Source: Macrostomum lignano (Eukaryota). From it: DNA of 64,000 nt. The translations under genes and the position numbers were made by a program. Every line of letters starts with the position of its first letter. Within the stretch, counting starts at the first letter, position 1. The notes below the pieces were generated by a model. It did no database searches, was not told the DNA's origin, and saw nothing but the letters and a program-made list of their open reading frames with translations. Shown in pieces: positions 34,553 through 47,194 of the stretch. Where the stretch lies: positions 62,001-126,000 of the forward strand of contig NIVC01000312.1 in the NCBI GenBank assembly GCA_002269645.1. The letters run 5' to 3'.

Positions 34553-35144
34553 TGTTGCTGATAATAAAGAAATGTTAATTAAATAAGTTGATAAACAGGC
34601 TATACTTTGAATACTTTGAGTGTATATTTAGTTAAAAGCTGCGGTACAATTTCATGGAATAGTTTTATAATAAGTTAAGTTAAAATTTAATAAAGAGTAA
34701 AAACTACACAAAAAACTAAAGACAAACCTGAGATAGTGCCAAAAGTACAAAACTGCGTTTTTGCATACAAAAAGAAATAACTTTCTTGTTTGAGGGACGC
34801 GCAATGAATATACATGTATGCACACATTGGCACCTACTCGCAAAGGCATTCAGCTCAATTGAAAGCGTGTTTTATATAGAGATAGGTGAGGGAGAGAGAT
34901 TCATTAAGAGAGATACTAAGTAAGACAGACAAACAGAAAGACAGGCAGACAGACAGACAGACAGACAGACAGAGAACATACAGACAGACAGTCAAACACA
35001 TAAGGTTATTTTTTGTTATAGCAGTCTTTTCTTATTGTGTGAGTGTTTACATACATAAAGGAAACAAACGGTTACATTGAGTAAATACAATACTACTTTT
35101 CTATTAACAGCAGCAAGTTGGCAAAATCATTGAAAGTAGGTCAG

Positions 35145-35883
35145 TCAGAAAACTGGAACGTGAACTAGAAACTCTTGTTGTCGAGGAATGCAGATTGCCT
35201 TGTTTGCAGGAATCGATTCATAAACACGTACTCTTGTCCATCGATAGTATCCAATGCGCAACAAACTAGATGAAAAACAACTATTGTCAAACTGGTACAA
35301 GTGCCTAGTGAATTCCAGTACAGCCCCATCCATGTGGCCCAATGTTGGGACATTTAAAACTATAACAAAGTTTTTCCATCTGGCAGAATAGCACAGTTGT
35401 TAGGTGACTCAGATGAGAAATAGATGGTGTTTAATTCTGCGTCAGTGTAGATAGCACGGATATTCCTTGGTTGGTTTACTGACTGAAAAAATATATGCCT
35501 TGAAGCTCTAATCCATCGTTTGAGTAATCCAATTGGCAATTTATACAGGAAAAAGTGCACATATCTCTTCTAGATTCTCTGAAATTGGCGCACCAACACA
35601 GTTAAGATTAGGTTGCTCCTATTTCTACTTGTTGCTGGGTGGCATAGAGCTATCATGCTTGAACTCGGTGCTTTTAGCCATAACACTCTGACCAATCGGC
35701 CTCAGAGGCTTCAAAATCACTACTGATCCTTGGCTGCTTATAAACTGGTTGTTTATCACTTGAACTGCTGTCGTCTTCAGATGATTCACTGCTGGATGCA
35801 GCAGCAGAAGCAACAGTTACTTTGCACTTTCGTCCGTGTTTCTCGCGGATCTGCTGAACAATTGGACTTAAAAAAAGTAGCAA
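35145..35883 (-). pseudogene. Possible decayed C-terminal fragment of an EnSpm-like transposase
   Basis: Broken ORFs LKRWIRASRHIFFQSVNQ...PNNCAILPDGK and HMDGAVLEFTRHLY...AICIP resemble the tail region of animal CMC transposases; no catalytic motif seen. Confidence 0.4.
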
Positions 35884-36718
35884 GCTTCCTCAGCAATCAT
35901 CCATGATGTATTTCAAATGTGTTATAAACAAAAATGTAGCAGGAACTCGACCACAGACCTTTGCAGCAATGCCTAAAAAGTCCGTCTGTCTCAGGCCTAA
36001 AATGCATTTGGGAGCATAGAAAAGCATGTGTTTTTTGCTATCACCATTGCATTTATTTTGCTAAATTTAATAGATTTAAAGCTAAGCTAAGCAAAGCTAA
36101 CATATTGAAAAAAAAAAAAACAGTAAGAATTTTGCTAAAATTTCAAACTGAAATTAAGTTAAACTTTAATTCTATAATTAAAACAACTTTCTGCTATGCC
36201 TTTCTTTATGACTTACCCAAAAAAGTAGAAAAAAATGATCAGAGTTATCAATTTTCCAACTTACCTTTGGTATGTCACTATCACAATTTATGCCTGCTAG
36301 GTTTGTTAGCAGTTGCACATGTTTTTTATGTTTTTTTGTTAAATTCTCCATTGCCAATCTAACAAAAATAAATTAACTCAAGCTTAGGCCTGGTGGTTTT
36401 TAGCGTTAGGTCTCTGCATCTACTTTGCTTCAATTATTTGGAGCTCTATGCATAAGGTCAACCATGGGGTGGGTGTACAGCGGTCATGTGACTTTCTAAT
36501 CGTTAGGCATGTACACTCTCTCTGTGCCTTGAGGGTTAGTCCTCATGGCTGTGAATCGCATGGCAGCACCTTTTAGCTCATTTTTAGTATATTGCTATGG
36601 AAATAAACCTCAAATTAATTCAGACCGCTTGTAAAAAGTTAGGGCCACTGTACACCCTGTGAGCTTGTGCCCCGGGCTTATTGCCATGTTTACCTGTGTG
36701 TCCCCCCCCACCCCGCAG

Positions 36719-38488
36719 CCGAAGCCACGCTCAGCCTCTGCGGAGGCCCGCGACGCCGCCTGGGAGCTGGTTCGCGCCGCTCAGGCCATCGACAATCCGC
36801 TAGCCGCCTACCTGCCCAAATCTGCCACCTTCGAAGCTCGGCCTCGTCCCGGCAAGGCAATATCGTCGACGACGCCGCCGCTTCGCTGTCAATTGGAATG
36901 TCGACGGGCCGACGACGTGTCAGCTGATGATCGCGATGTGATCATGCAGCTAATAAGCGACAACATGAGCGCTCTGTACGCCGAAAGCTCCTGGGGCTGG
37001 AAGGAGCGCGAGAAGAAACGGGAAATATTTGACGATCGGCATTATTTCTTATTGGCTAGGCGGGACTCCGACAAAAAGCTGGTTGGATTGGCTAATATTA
37101 GATTTGATTTGGACTTCAATGCCCCCGTGCTCTATTGCTACGAGTTACAGGTTTGTTTGTCTATTATTATAAATTGTTGCTTTTTTAGTGAAAAATTATT
37201 GAGACTTTGCACCGTGATGCATCGATTTAGAGCCACTGATTTGGAGTTTAGACATATTAATTAGGGATTTAAAGACACCGATTAGAGCTTTATGGTTTAT
37301 GGGCATTGATTAGGAATTTTTTGAGACAGTAAATAGCCATTAAGAGACACTAATAAGGAATTTAGAGGCACTAATAATTAGAAATTTAGAGAATTTATAA
37401 TTAGAGATTTTGAGGCAATAATTACGGATTTGTAGAGACACTAATTATGGATTTGTAGAGACACTAATTAGGAATTTGTAAAGACACTAATTGGGAATTT
37501 GTAAAGACACTAATTACGGATTTGTAGAGACACTAATTAGGAATTTGTAGAGACACTAATTAGGTATTTGTAGAGACACTAATTAGGAATTTGTAGAGAC
37601 ACTAATTAGGAATTTGTAGAGACACTAATTAGGGATTTGTAGAGACACTAATTAGGAATTTGTAGAGACACTAATTACGGATTTGTAGAGACACTAATTA
37701 GGAATTTGTAGAGACACTAATTAGGTATTTGTAGAGACACTAATTAGGTATTTGTAGAGACACTAATTAGGTATTTGTAGAGACACTAATTAGGTATTTG
37801 TAGAGACACTAATTAGGTATTTGTAGAGACACTAATTAGGTATTTGTAGAGACACTAATTAGGTATTTGTAGAGACACTAATTAGGTATTTGTAGAGACA
37901 CTAATTAGGTATTTGTAGAGACACTAATTACGGATTTGTAGAGACACTAATTAGGAATTTGTAGAGACACTAATTAGGTATTTGTAGAGACACTAATTAG
38001 GTATTTGTAGAGACACTAATTAGGTATTTGTAGAGACAAAAATTAGGTATTTGTAGAGACAAAAATTAGGTATTTAGAGACACTTATTAGGGATTTGTAG
38101 CAACACAAATGAGGGATTAAGACACTAATTAGGGATTTGTTATTAGACACTAATAATTAGGGTCTTAGGATCTATGAATTAAAAAATTTCGAAGTTTCTT
38201 ATATAAGGTTTAACAGGTGTTATAAAGATTCAATGCTAAATATCCCAACAACAGGTCCGCTCAGACTGCCAAGGCCAGGGTCTGGGCAAATTCCTGTTGC
38301 TATCGATGCAGATCATGGCGACCAGAGCTCGCATGGCCAAACTCATGGTCACCGTGTTCAAAGCTAACGAGCGCACCCTGAAGTTTTTCTACGACATGCG
38401 TTTTAAACGAGACGAAACTGATTTGGGCGAGCAAGGCGAGAATGTGGATCTGGATTATGTGATCCTGTCCAAGACTACTAGCCAGTAA
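36719..38488 (+). CDS. NAA40: N-alpha-acetyltransferase 40 (NatD); exons 36719-37150 and 38255-38488; start codon uncertain
   Basis: NMSALYAESSWGWKEREK, RFDLDFNAPVLYCYELQ|VRSDCQGQGLGKFLL, LMVTVFKAN; phase-0 GT-AG junction. An in-frame ATG at 36686 is an alternative start. Confidence 0.92.
37330..38140. repeat. 23-bp minisatellite (ATTAGGTATTTGTAGAGACACTA)n in the NAA40 intron
   Basis: Period 23. Confidence 0.95.
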
Positions 38489-38756
38489 TAACTTCGACTG
38501 GTATGCTGCGTTGTAACAATCCACAAGTTTATACAACAAACATGCTATTTGTTCCGGTAAAATTCATTGCAATATTTTATTAATAGTTTATCAACACAGC
38601 ATTTCGAAAGCTTTGCGTTTTTTATCAGTGGAACTAGAATATTTGACTATTAGTATTTATTATATAACGTAATCTATTATCAAATATATTACTTGCATTT
38701 GTTTCAACAGTTCTTCTCTACGAATATAAGTCCTTTTGTCATTTTTATTGTCATTT

Positions 38757-39830
38757 AGCCCTGTACAGTTGTGCCACTACCCTCAGCTCCTAGCAAACCC
38801 TGTGCCACAACCCTCAGCTCCTAGCAAACCCTGTGCCACAACCCTCAGCTCCTAGCAAACCCTGTGCCACAACCCTCAGCTCCTAGCAAACCCTGTGCCA
38901 CAACCCTCAGCTCCTAGCAAACCCTGTGCCACAACCCTCAGCTCCTAGCAAACCCTGTGCCACAACCCTCAGCTCCTAGCAAACCCTGTGCCACAACCCT
39001 CAGCTCCTAGCAAACCCTGTGCCACAACCCTCAGCTCCTAGCAAACCCTGTGCCACAACCCTCAGCTCCTAGCAAACCCTGTGCCACAACCCTCAGCTCC
39101 TAGCAAACCCTGTGCCACAACCCATAAACACTACTGAGCCCTGTGCCACAACCCATAAACACTACTGAACCCTGTGACACAACCCATAAACACTACTGAG
39201 CCCTGTGACACAACCCATAAACACTACTGAACCCTGTGACACAACCCATAAACACTACTGAGCCCTGTGACACAACCCATAAACACTACTGAACCCTTTG
39301 ACACAACCCATAAACACTACTGAGCCCTGTGACACAACCCATAAACACTACTGAACCCTTTGACACAACCCATAAACACTACTGAACCCTGTGACACAAC
39401 CCATAAACACTACTGAGCCCTGTGACACAACCCATAAACACTACTGAACCCTTTGACACAACCCATAAACACTACTGAACCCTGTGACACAACCCATAAA
39501 CACTACTGAGCCCTGTGACACAACCCATAAACACTACTGAACCCTTTGACACAACCCATAAACACTACTGAACCCTGTGACACAACCCATAAACACTACT
39601 GAGCCCTGTGACACAACCCATAAACACTACTGAACCCTTTGACACAACCCATAAACACTACTGAACCCTGTGACACAACCCATAAACACTACTGAGTTCT
39701 GTGACACAACCCATAAACACTACTGAGCCCTGTGACACAACCCATAAACACTACTGAGCCCTGTGACACAACCCATAAACACTACTGAACCCTGTGACAC
39801 AACCCATAAACACTACTGAGCCCTGTGCAA
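38757..39830. repeat. 31-bp minisatellite with two homogenised sub-arrays
   Basis: CCCTGTGCCACAACCCTCAGCTCCTAGCAAA to about 39120, then CCCTGTGACACAACCCATAAACACTACTGA(G/A). Confidence 0.95.
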
Positions 39831-40254
39831 TCCTGTTAATTTTTAACCTAATAAATCCAAGCAATACTGTTTATTTTCGTGCTTTTCTATACTAAAAAAT
39901 TATCAATAAATAAACCCGATCGATTCGTGGCATGATTCATTTAGTTGACGCTTTGGTTACCTTCGTTTCTCGGAAGCATCTATCGTAGTTTACATTGAAT
40001 TTTTTACTCAATACCATCGGAAAGTTATTTACGAGCGTAACAGGTTAACCATATTGTCCCTGAATAATGTACTAATATTATAATGCTAATTACAACATAT
40101 AATAAAAAGCAGGTCCCCGTATCTAGATCGATCTTGTTGAAGATCTAAATCTTTCAAATTCAGCCCTATTTGCCTGCTGAGACACAACTGAACTAACCGC
40201 AACTCAATTCTCTACCAATACTTTTTTACCTGTAATTATCCAATTTTATCAACC

Positions 40255-41470
40255 CTTTTACCATAATTCTATCCATTCCACCCTCAAACTCATCCATTCC
40301 ACCCTCAACCTTATCCATTCCACCCTCAACCTTAACCATTCCACCCTCAACCTTAACCATTCCACCCTCAACCTTATCCATTCCACCCTCAACCTTAACC
40401 ATTCCACCCTCAACCTTATCCATTCCACCCTCAACCTTAACCATTCCACCCTCAACCTTATCCATTCCACCCTCAACCTTAACCATTCCACCCTCAACCT
40501 TAACCATTCCACCCTCAACCTTAACCATTCCACCCTCAACCTTATCCATTCCACCCTCAACCTTAACCATTCCACCCTCAACCTTAACCATTCCACCCTC
40601 AACCTTAACCATTCCACCCTCAACCTCATCAACTCTATTCTCAACCTCATCAACTCTATTCTCAACCTCATCAACTCTATTCTCAACCTCATCAACTCTA
40701 TTCTCAACCTCATCAACTCTATTCTCAACCTCATCAACTCTATTCTCAACCTCATCAACTCTATTCTCAACCTCATCAACTCTATTCTCAACCTCATCAA
40801 CTCTATTCTCAACCTCATCAACTCTATTCTCAACCTCATCAACTCTATTCTCAACCTCATCAACTCTATTCTCAACCTCATCAACTCTATTCTCAACCTC
40901 ATCAACTCTATTCTCAACCTCATCAACTCTATTCTCAACCTCATCAACTCTATTCTCAACCTCATCAACTCTATTCTCAACCTCATCAACTCTATTCTCA
41001 ACCTTATCCATTCCACCCTCAACCTTAACCATTCCACCCTCAACCTTAACCATTCCACCCTCAACCTTAACCATTCCACCCTCAACCTTAACCATTCCAC
41101 CCTCAACCTTATCCATTCCACCCTCAACCTCATCCATTCCACCCTCAACCTTATCCATTCCACCCTCAACCTTATCCATTCCACCCTCAACCTCATCCAT
41201 TCCACCCTCAACCTTATCCACTCCACCCTCAACCTTATCCATTCCACCCTCAACCTTAACCATTCCACCCTCAACCTTAACCATTCCACCCTCAACCTCA
41301 TCCATTCTACCCTCAACCTCATCCATTCTACCCTCAACCCCATCCATTCTACCTTCAACTCCATCTACTCTACCCCCAACCCCATCCATTCTACCCTCAA
41401 CCCCATCTATTCTAACCCCCATTTCATCCATTGTACCCTCAACCCTTCCCATTCTACCCTCAACATTACT
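40255..41470. repeat. 21-bp minisatellite with a central variant block; open heptad frame on the minus strand
   Basis: CCATTCCACCCTCAACCTTA(A/T) flanks and a central TCAACTCTATTCTCAACCTCA block (~40625-41000). Confidence 0.92.
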
Positions 41471-41690
41471 CATTCTTACCCTAGACCCAGCCTGCCTACC
41501 CTAACTTTATCCATTCTACCTTCTGTAGATAAAACTGGTTCTACCCGTTAACCCTATCATTTCTACCCAACCCATCGTTTCTACTTCTCCGCAAATCAGG
41601 AACCAAAAAAACGCTGCTATATAACCTACAGCGGCTTGCATTCGAATTAATTACCTTCATGACTAATTACCGCATGCCAGTAAGCGCATA

Positions 41691-43097
41691 ATGAGCGCTA
41701 TCCGTCTGCCAGCAGTTGTCAACGTTACGGACTGGGTCGCAGTCAATCGGGACCAGTTTCTGCCACCTGTCTGCAACAAGATGCTGCACACTGACGGTCA
41801 GCTAAAGCTGTTCTACGTTGGCGGGCCCAACCAGCGCAAGGACTATCACATTGAGGAGGGCGAGGAGCTGTTCTATATGGAACGGGGCGATATGGAATTG
41901 AAAATGCTGATTGGCAATCGGTTTGTTAGCCAGCCAATTTTACAGGGCCAGCTGTTCTTGTTGCCTGGCAACTTGTTTCACAGTCCGCAGCGGGCGGCTG
42001 ACACTATTGGATGGGTTATTGAAAGGTTTGTTATAGTGTCTGTTTAGCCTTGTCTTGTGTTTCTCTTTGTCTCTGTGTTTATCTTTTATCACTGTGTGTC
42101 TGTTTGTTTATCTCTGTTTATATCCATTGTGTGTTTCTGTGCTGTGTTTTTATCCAGTGTGTTTATCTCTGCTCTGTTTATATCCAGTGTGTGTTTATCT
42201 CTGCTCTGTTTATATCCAGTGTGTGTTTATCTCCGCTCTGTTTATATCCATTATGTGTTTATCTCTGCTCTGTTTGTATCCAGCCGGTGTGTTTATCTCC
42301 GCTCTGTTTATATCCAGTGTGTGTTTATCTCCGCTCTGTTTGTAATTGGTTTTTGTGCTTATCACCGTTTTCCTGTGTGTGTGTTTATGTCCGCGAATGT
42401 GTTTAACTGTAATGTATCTTGTTAGCTGTGTTTATAATTTATCTACAGCTAACTCTGCTATGACTAAAACCAAACCGCAATCACTAGAGAGCGCCTGGCC
42501 AGCGAGATAGACGGACTGCGCTATTTCCTAGAAACGGCCGACGGAACGCCCACTCTGAGGCCGCTATTCGAGCGCTACGTGCATATGAGAGATTTGGGCT
42601 CCCAGGTGGCCGAGATCATTGCCGAGTACCGCCGCTCCGAAGAGTTCCGCACCGGACAGCCGACAAAGTCTGCGTCGGACAATGCCGACACAGCAGCCGT
42701 AGCCTACAAGCCCGAGCTTCGGCCGCTGCCCCCGGTCACTTTGGCCGATTGGCTGGACAAGCATCAACAAGAACTTGACAACGCTGAAGTCAAGAATGGC
42801 AGCTCGTCCTTGGAGGTTTTTCCTAGCCAGTGCGGCTACCAGTTTCTAGTTGAAGTTGTCGGTCGAAGCGATGGTCGGCAAGAATTTGTCGAGTACAACT
42901 GCGAGACCTGGCTGCTGCAACTGGTGGGAGAATGCTCGGTGACGTTCTACGTTGAAAAAGGTCAAACAGCGACAGCTAGGCGATTAGGCGAGAAAGATTC
43001 ACTTTTAGTGCCAGCTGGAGTCGCCTTTGGTGTGGTGCAGTCAGCCGGTTGTCGGCTACTCAAGGCTAGCCAGGACCCAGGTCGGAAAGGCTACTGA
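41691..43097 (+). CDS. HAAO: 3-hydroxyanthranilate 3,4-dioxygenase; exons 41691-42025 and 42488-43097
   Basis: FLPPVCNKML, VGGPNQRKDYHIEEGEELFY, HSPQR, VIE|RERLASEIDGLRYF; phase-2 GT-AG junction. Confidence 0.96.
42090..42345. repeat. ~30-32-bp minisatellite in the HAAO intron
   Basis: GTGTTTATCTCTGCTCTGTTTATATCCAGT units. Confidence 0.85.
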
Positions 43098-43599
43098 CTC
43101 ACTGGCTGAAACTGAGCGTACGAGCGTAATTCCCCCTTTTTGCGGACACCCGTCAATGGAATGTTTTTGTCCATAAACAAATCAAGCATTACTTTTTATA
43201 ATTCATCTTTTGAGTTCACACCATACATGTGGGTACGAGTGCTTAAAATTGTTTGGTGATGTTGAAATTATTGATTTCTTTTTGATTATATACACCATAT
43301 ATATTTTAATTAGTTTTAGTGCGTTATATAATTGATTTTTATTGAAGGTTTTTGCCTTCAAGCTGAGTTTAGTGCTTTTTTCCATTATCTTATCTGCTGT
43401 GAAATCCAATTTTGCATTACGGATCTATCTTATCTATACGGTAGTTTATATTTGCCAAAACTGATTTTATTATGATTTTAGGCGCAAGTTTGTTGTGTAC
43501 TTTTTTGAAGAAATAAATTTATTGATCTTATGAATGAATTCAGCTTATGGTTTTTTATCATTTTATGGTGCTTTTTAAGCTAAAGCCTAGTATTTTTAA

Positions 43600-44270
43600 C
43601 CCACCTCACTCCCCGTTGCGCCCATTCAAACTTTATCTGAGCTATTTTAACTTCCGTTAGACACCCGCCTCACTCCCCGTCAAACAGCTACCCTCGCTTC
43701 GCCCATCCTAACTTAATTTCTAATTCCACCCTCGTTGGACACCCACCTCACTCCACGCCAAACAGCTACCCCTCGCTGCGCCCATCCTAACTTAATTTAA
43801 TTCTAATTCCACCCTCGTTGGACACCCACCTCACTCCACGCCAAACAGCTACCCCTCGCTGCGCCCATCCTAACTTAATTTAATTCTAATTCCACCCTCG
43901 TTGGACACCCACCTCACTCCACGCCAAACAGCTACCCTCGCTGCGCCCATCCTAACTTAATTTAATTCTAATTCCACTCTCGTTGGACACCCACCTCACT
44001 CCACGCCAAACAGCTACCCTCGCTTCGCCCATCCTAACTTAATTTCTAATTTCACCCTCGTTGGACACCCACCTCACTCCACGCCAAACAGCTACCCCTC
44101 GCTTCGCCCATCCTAACTTAATTTCTATTTTCACCCTCGTTGGACACCCACCTCACTCCCCGCCAAACAACCACCCCTCGCTTCGCCTATCCTAACTTTA
44201 TCTCTATTTCTACCCCCGCTAGACACCCACCTCACTCCACGCCAATCAACTACCCCCTCCCTGCGCCTAT
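43600..44270. repeat. ~77-83-bp tandem repeat between HAAO and GATB
   Basis: GACACCCACCTCACTCCACGCCAAACAGCTACCC... recurs (43738 vs 43821). Confidence 0.9.
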
Positions 44271-44440
44271 CAAAAAATTCAATGCAATTAGTGACAGTTT
44301 AATTGGGTACTATACATAGTCTTTTTAATTAAAATAAATGTATGAAACGATTCAACATTATTGTTCATGTATAGTGGCTAATGGGGGATTTTTTGTAAGC
44401 ATAATCCGATAAAAGCTGCTCAGACTCTATCCAAAGAAGA

Positions 44441-47015
44441 ATGTCCGGCTTAAAGCGACTATGGCAGGGCGTGATTGGCCTGGAGGTTCACGCGCAAATC
44501 TCGAGCGCATCGAAGCTGTTCTCAGCGTCTCCGACAGCGTTTAATATGCCTGTTAATACGCAGGTCAGCCTGTTTGATGCCGCCATACCGGGCACTCTGC
44601 CGGTAAGTCAGCTGTCTGTCTGTCTTAGCCTTTCTGTCTGTCTGTCTGTCTGTCTTAGTGTCTGTCTGTCTTAGTTTCTGTCTGTGTCCTAATGTCTGTT
44701 TGTCTTTCTGCCTGCCTGCCTGCCGGCCTATGCAATGTCCAACCTTGTCAATTCTCATTAACTCGCCCATCAGGTACTAAACCAGCGCTGCGTAGAGCTG
44801 GCCCTGAAAACAGCCCTGGCACTGAACTGCCGTATTAACGACGTCTCAGCATTCGACCGGAAGCACTATTTCTACGCGGACATGCCTGTAAGCCTGCGTC
44901 AGTCTTTATTTGTTGTCGTGACTTGTCGTATAAAATACGAGCTTAGCTCCTTTCATTTTTCTCTTTTGTCTACTAGGCAGGCTACCAGATCACTCAGCAC
45001 TTCCGGCCCCTAGCCAACCATGGCAGGCTGGAATTCTACTGGCAGCCGGACGATAACGACCCGACCTCGATCGCCGAGTCCGTGGCTGACATTGTGCAGC
45101 TTCAGTTAGAGCAGGACAGCGGCCGAAGTCTGCACGATTCTGAGCGACAGCTCAGCCTGATCGATCTTAATAGGGCCGGTAAGATTAGGTATCCTGTGTT
45201 CAATACCCTGTTCCTCCAAACCAGACTCTCGGTCTCATGATCCTTTGAGAATGATATGTCCCGGTCTCATGATCCCCTTTGATAAGTCCCGGTCTCATGA
45301 TCCCCTTTGATAAGTCCCGGTCTCATGATCCCCTTTGATAAGTCCCGGTCTCATGATCCCCTTTGATAAGTCTCGGTCTCATGATCCCCTTTGATAAGTC
45401 CCGGTCTCATGATCCCCTTTGATAAGTCCCGGTCTCATGATCCCCTTTGATAAGTCCCGGTCTCATGATCCCCTTTGATAAGTCTCGGTCTCATGATCCC
45501 CTTTGATAAGTCCCGGTCTCATGATCCCCTTTGATAAGTCCCGGTCTCATGATCCATTTGATAATGATAAGTCCCGGTCTCATGATCTCCGTGATAAGTC
45601 CTAATCATCGAGCTAATACAGCTTCCCAATTGTCAATTCTCCCAATCCTCAGGCGTGGCCCTGATGGAGTTGATCACCGGGCCAACTCTCACCTGCGGCG
45701 CTGAAGCGGCTGGATTCGTTCGAGAGCTCGTCGACCTGCTCCGCTGCCTCGGCGCCTGCACTGGCAGTCTGGCCGAGGGCGCCTTGCGAGTCGACGCCAA
45801 CGTCTCGTGCCGACCGGCGCCCCCTGCCGCTGGCGGTTCGGGTCTGGGCGTTCGGACTGAGATTAAGAATATCAACAGTTTGGCTGCGCTGGCCCGGGCC
45901 ATCGATTTCGAGGTGGCCAGACAGGCTGCTGTGCTGGACGCTGGCGGGGAGGTGAGTGTTGCTGGGCCAGCCTCCCAGATCCTCAGTTGCTGGGCCAGCC
46001 TCCCAGATTCTCAGTTGCTGGGCCAGCCTCCCAGATCCTCAGTTGCTGGGCCAGCCTCTCAGATCCTCAGCTGCTGGGCCAGCCTCCCAGATCCTCAGTT
46101 GCTGGGCCAGCCTCCCAGATCCTCAGTTGCTAGGCTAGCCTCCCAGATCCTCATCCCTCAAAACCCAACATCCGCTGACGGCCCTCTTCAATCCGGCAGG
46201 TGATCAACGAGACCCGAGCCTTAGCCGACGACGCCACAGGCCGCAGCGTGAGCATGCGCGACAAGGAGCGAGTCCAGGACTACCGGTTCATGCCGGAGCC
46301 GAACCTGCCGCCGCTCTTCCCATCCGACCTGCTGCCGGCGGCCTCCGTCGACCTGCCGCCGCCCGACCAGCTGCCGCCGGGTCTGCGTCGAAGGCTTCGG
46401 CAGGAGTTAGGTTTCTCCTATCAGCACCTGGCCTCCTCGGTGGTGGCTGCCAGACCCCTGGCTGATTGGCGCTATCTGGATGCCGCCGTGACAGCTGCTA
46501 AGTTGTCCAGGCCAGTAACCTCTCCCCACCTGGGCCGCTGGTTCGTTCACTGTTTCCTTGGCAACTGTTTCCGTTTACTAGGCGAATCCGCCGCCGCTGA
46601 GGATTCCGGTATCAGCGTTGAGTCGTTTGGCGCTTTTCTCAGCCTGGCAATGGATTGCGCAATGATTAGCGAAGAGGTTGGCGAACGGTTATTGAAACGG
46701 ATGTTCGCCCAGCCCAGTATGGATCCCCTGGCTGAGGTCCAGCGACTCAACTGGTTTCTAACTCGCAATCCGACTGAGGTAGCCAGCAGATTTTCTCAAT
46801 TCTTTCATCGCCAAGATATTGCTAGCAAAAATCTCGACCAGCTGGTTAAGTATGGCAAATTCAAATTGCGTGGCAATTCTAAGAAAGCCTCGGTGATTGA
46901 AGAGCGGTTCCTGGCGCTGTTTATGGAGGCTACAGAGTATACTGTTGATAGAACTGTGGCCGCGAAAGTTGTGGCCGATATACTTCAGAGCGGTGTGGCG
47001 CCTCCTCCATCGTGA
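44441..47015 (+). CDS. GATB: Glutamyl-tRNA(Gln) amidotransferase subunit B (PET112); exons 44441-44602, 44774-44887, 44977-45178, 45653-45951, 46200-47015
   Basis: [18 protein letters not shown]|[15 protein letters not shown]|[54 protein letters not shown]; all junctions GT-AG and phase-consistent. Confidence 0.96.
45225..46150. repeat. Two 28-bp intronic minisatellites in GATB (45225-45600 and 45957-46150)
   Basis: CGGTCTCATGATCCCCTTTGATAAGTCC and GCTGGGCCAGCCTCCCAGATCCTCAGTT; exon 45653-45951 lies between them. Confidence 0.9.
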
Positions 47016-47194
47016 ATTCAGTAGAAAGATTTAAGGCTCCTGCATTTTAGTAGCTTAGTAAAGTAAAACGTTAGTGAAATATATGAGCAGAATTACAATC
47101 GCAATTTATTATCCTGTTGATTTTCAAGATTTACTTTTTCTACTCTGAAGTTATTTTTTATTAAAGAACAAAAGTGATTTTTCGTGTTATAGAC

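Noticed and set aside
17300-36600. A single giant element spanning the whole AT-rich block
   Set aside because: I could not find matching TIRs, LTRs or a TSD at the block edges, so only individual relics are reported.
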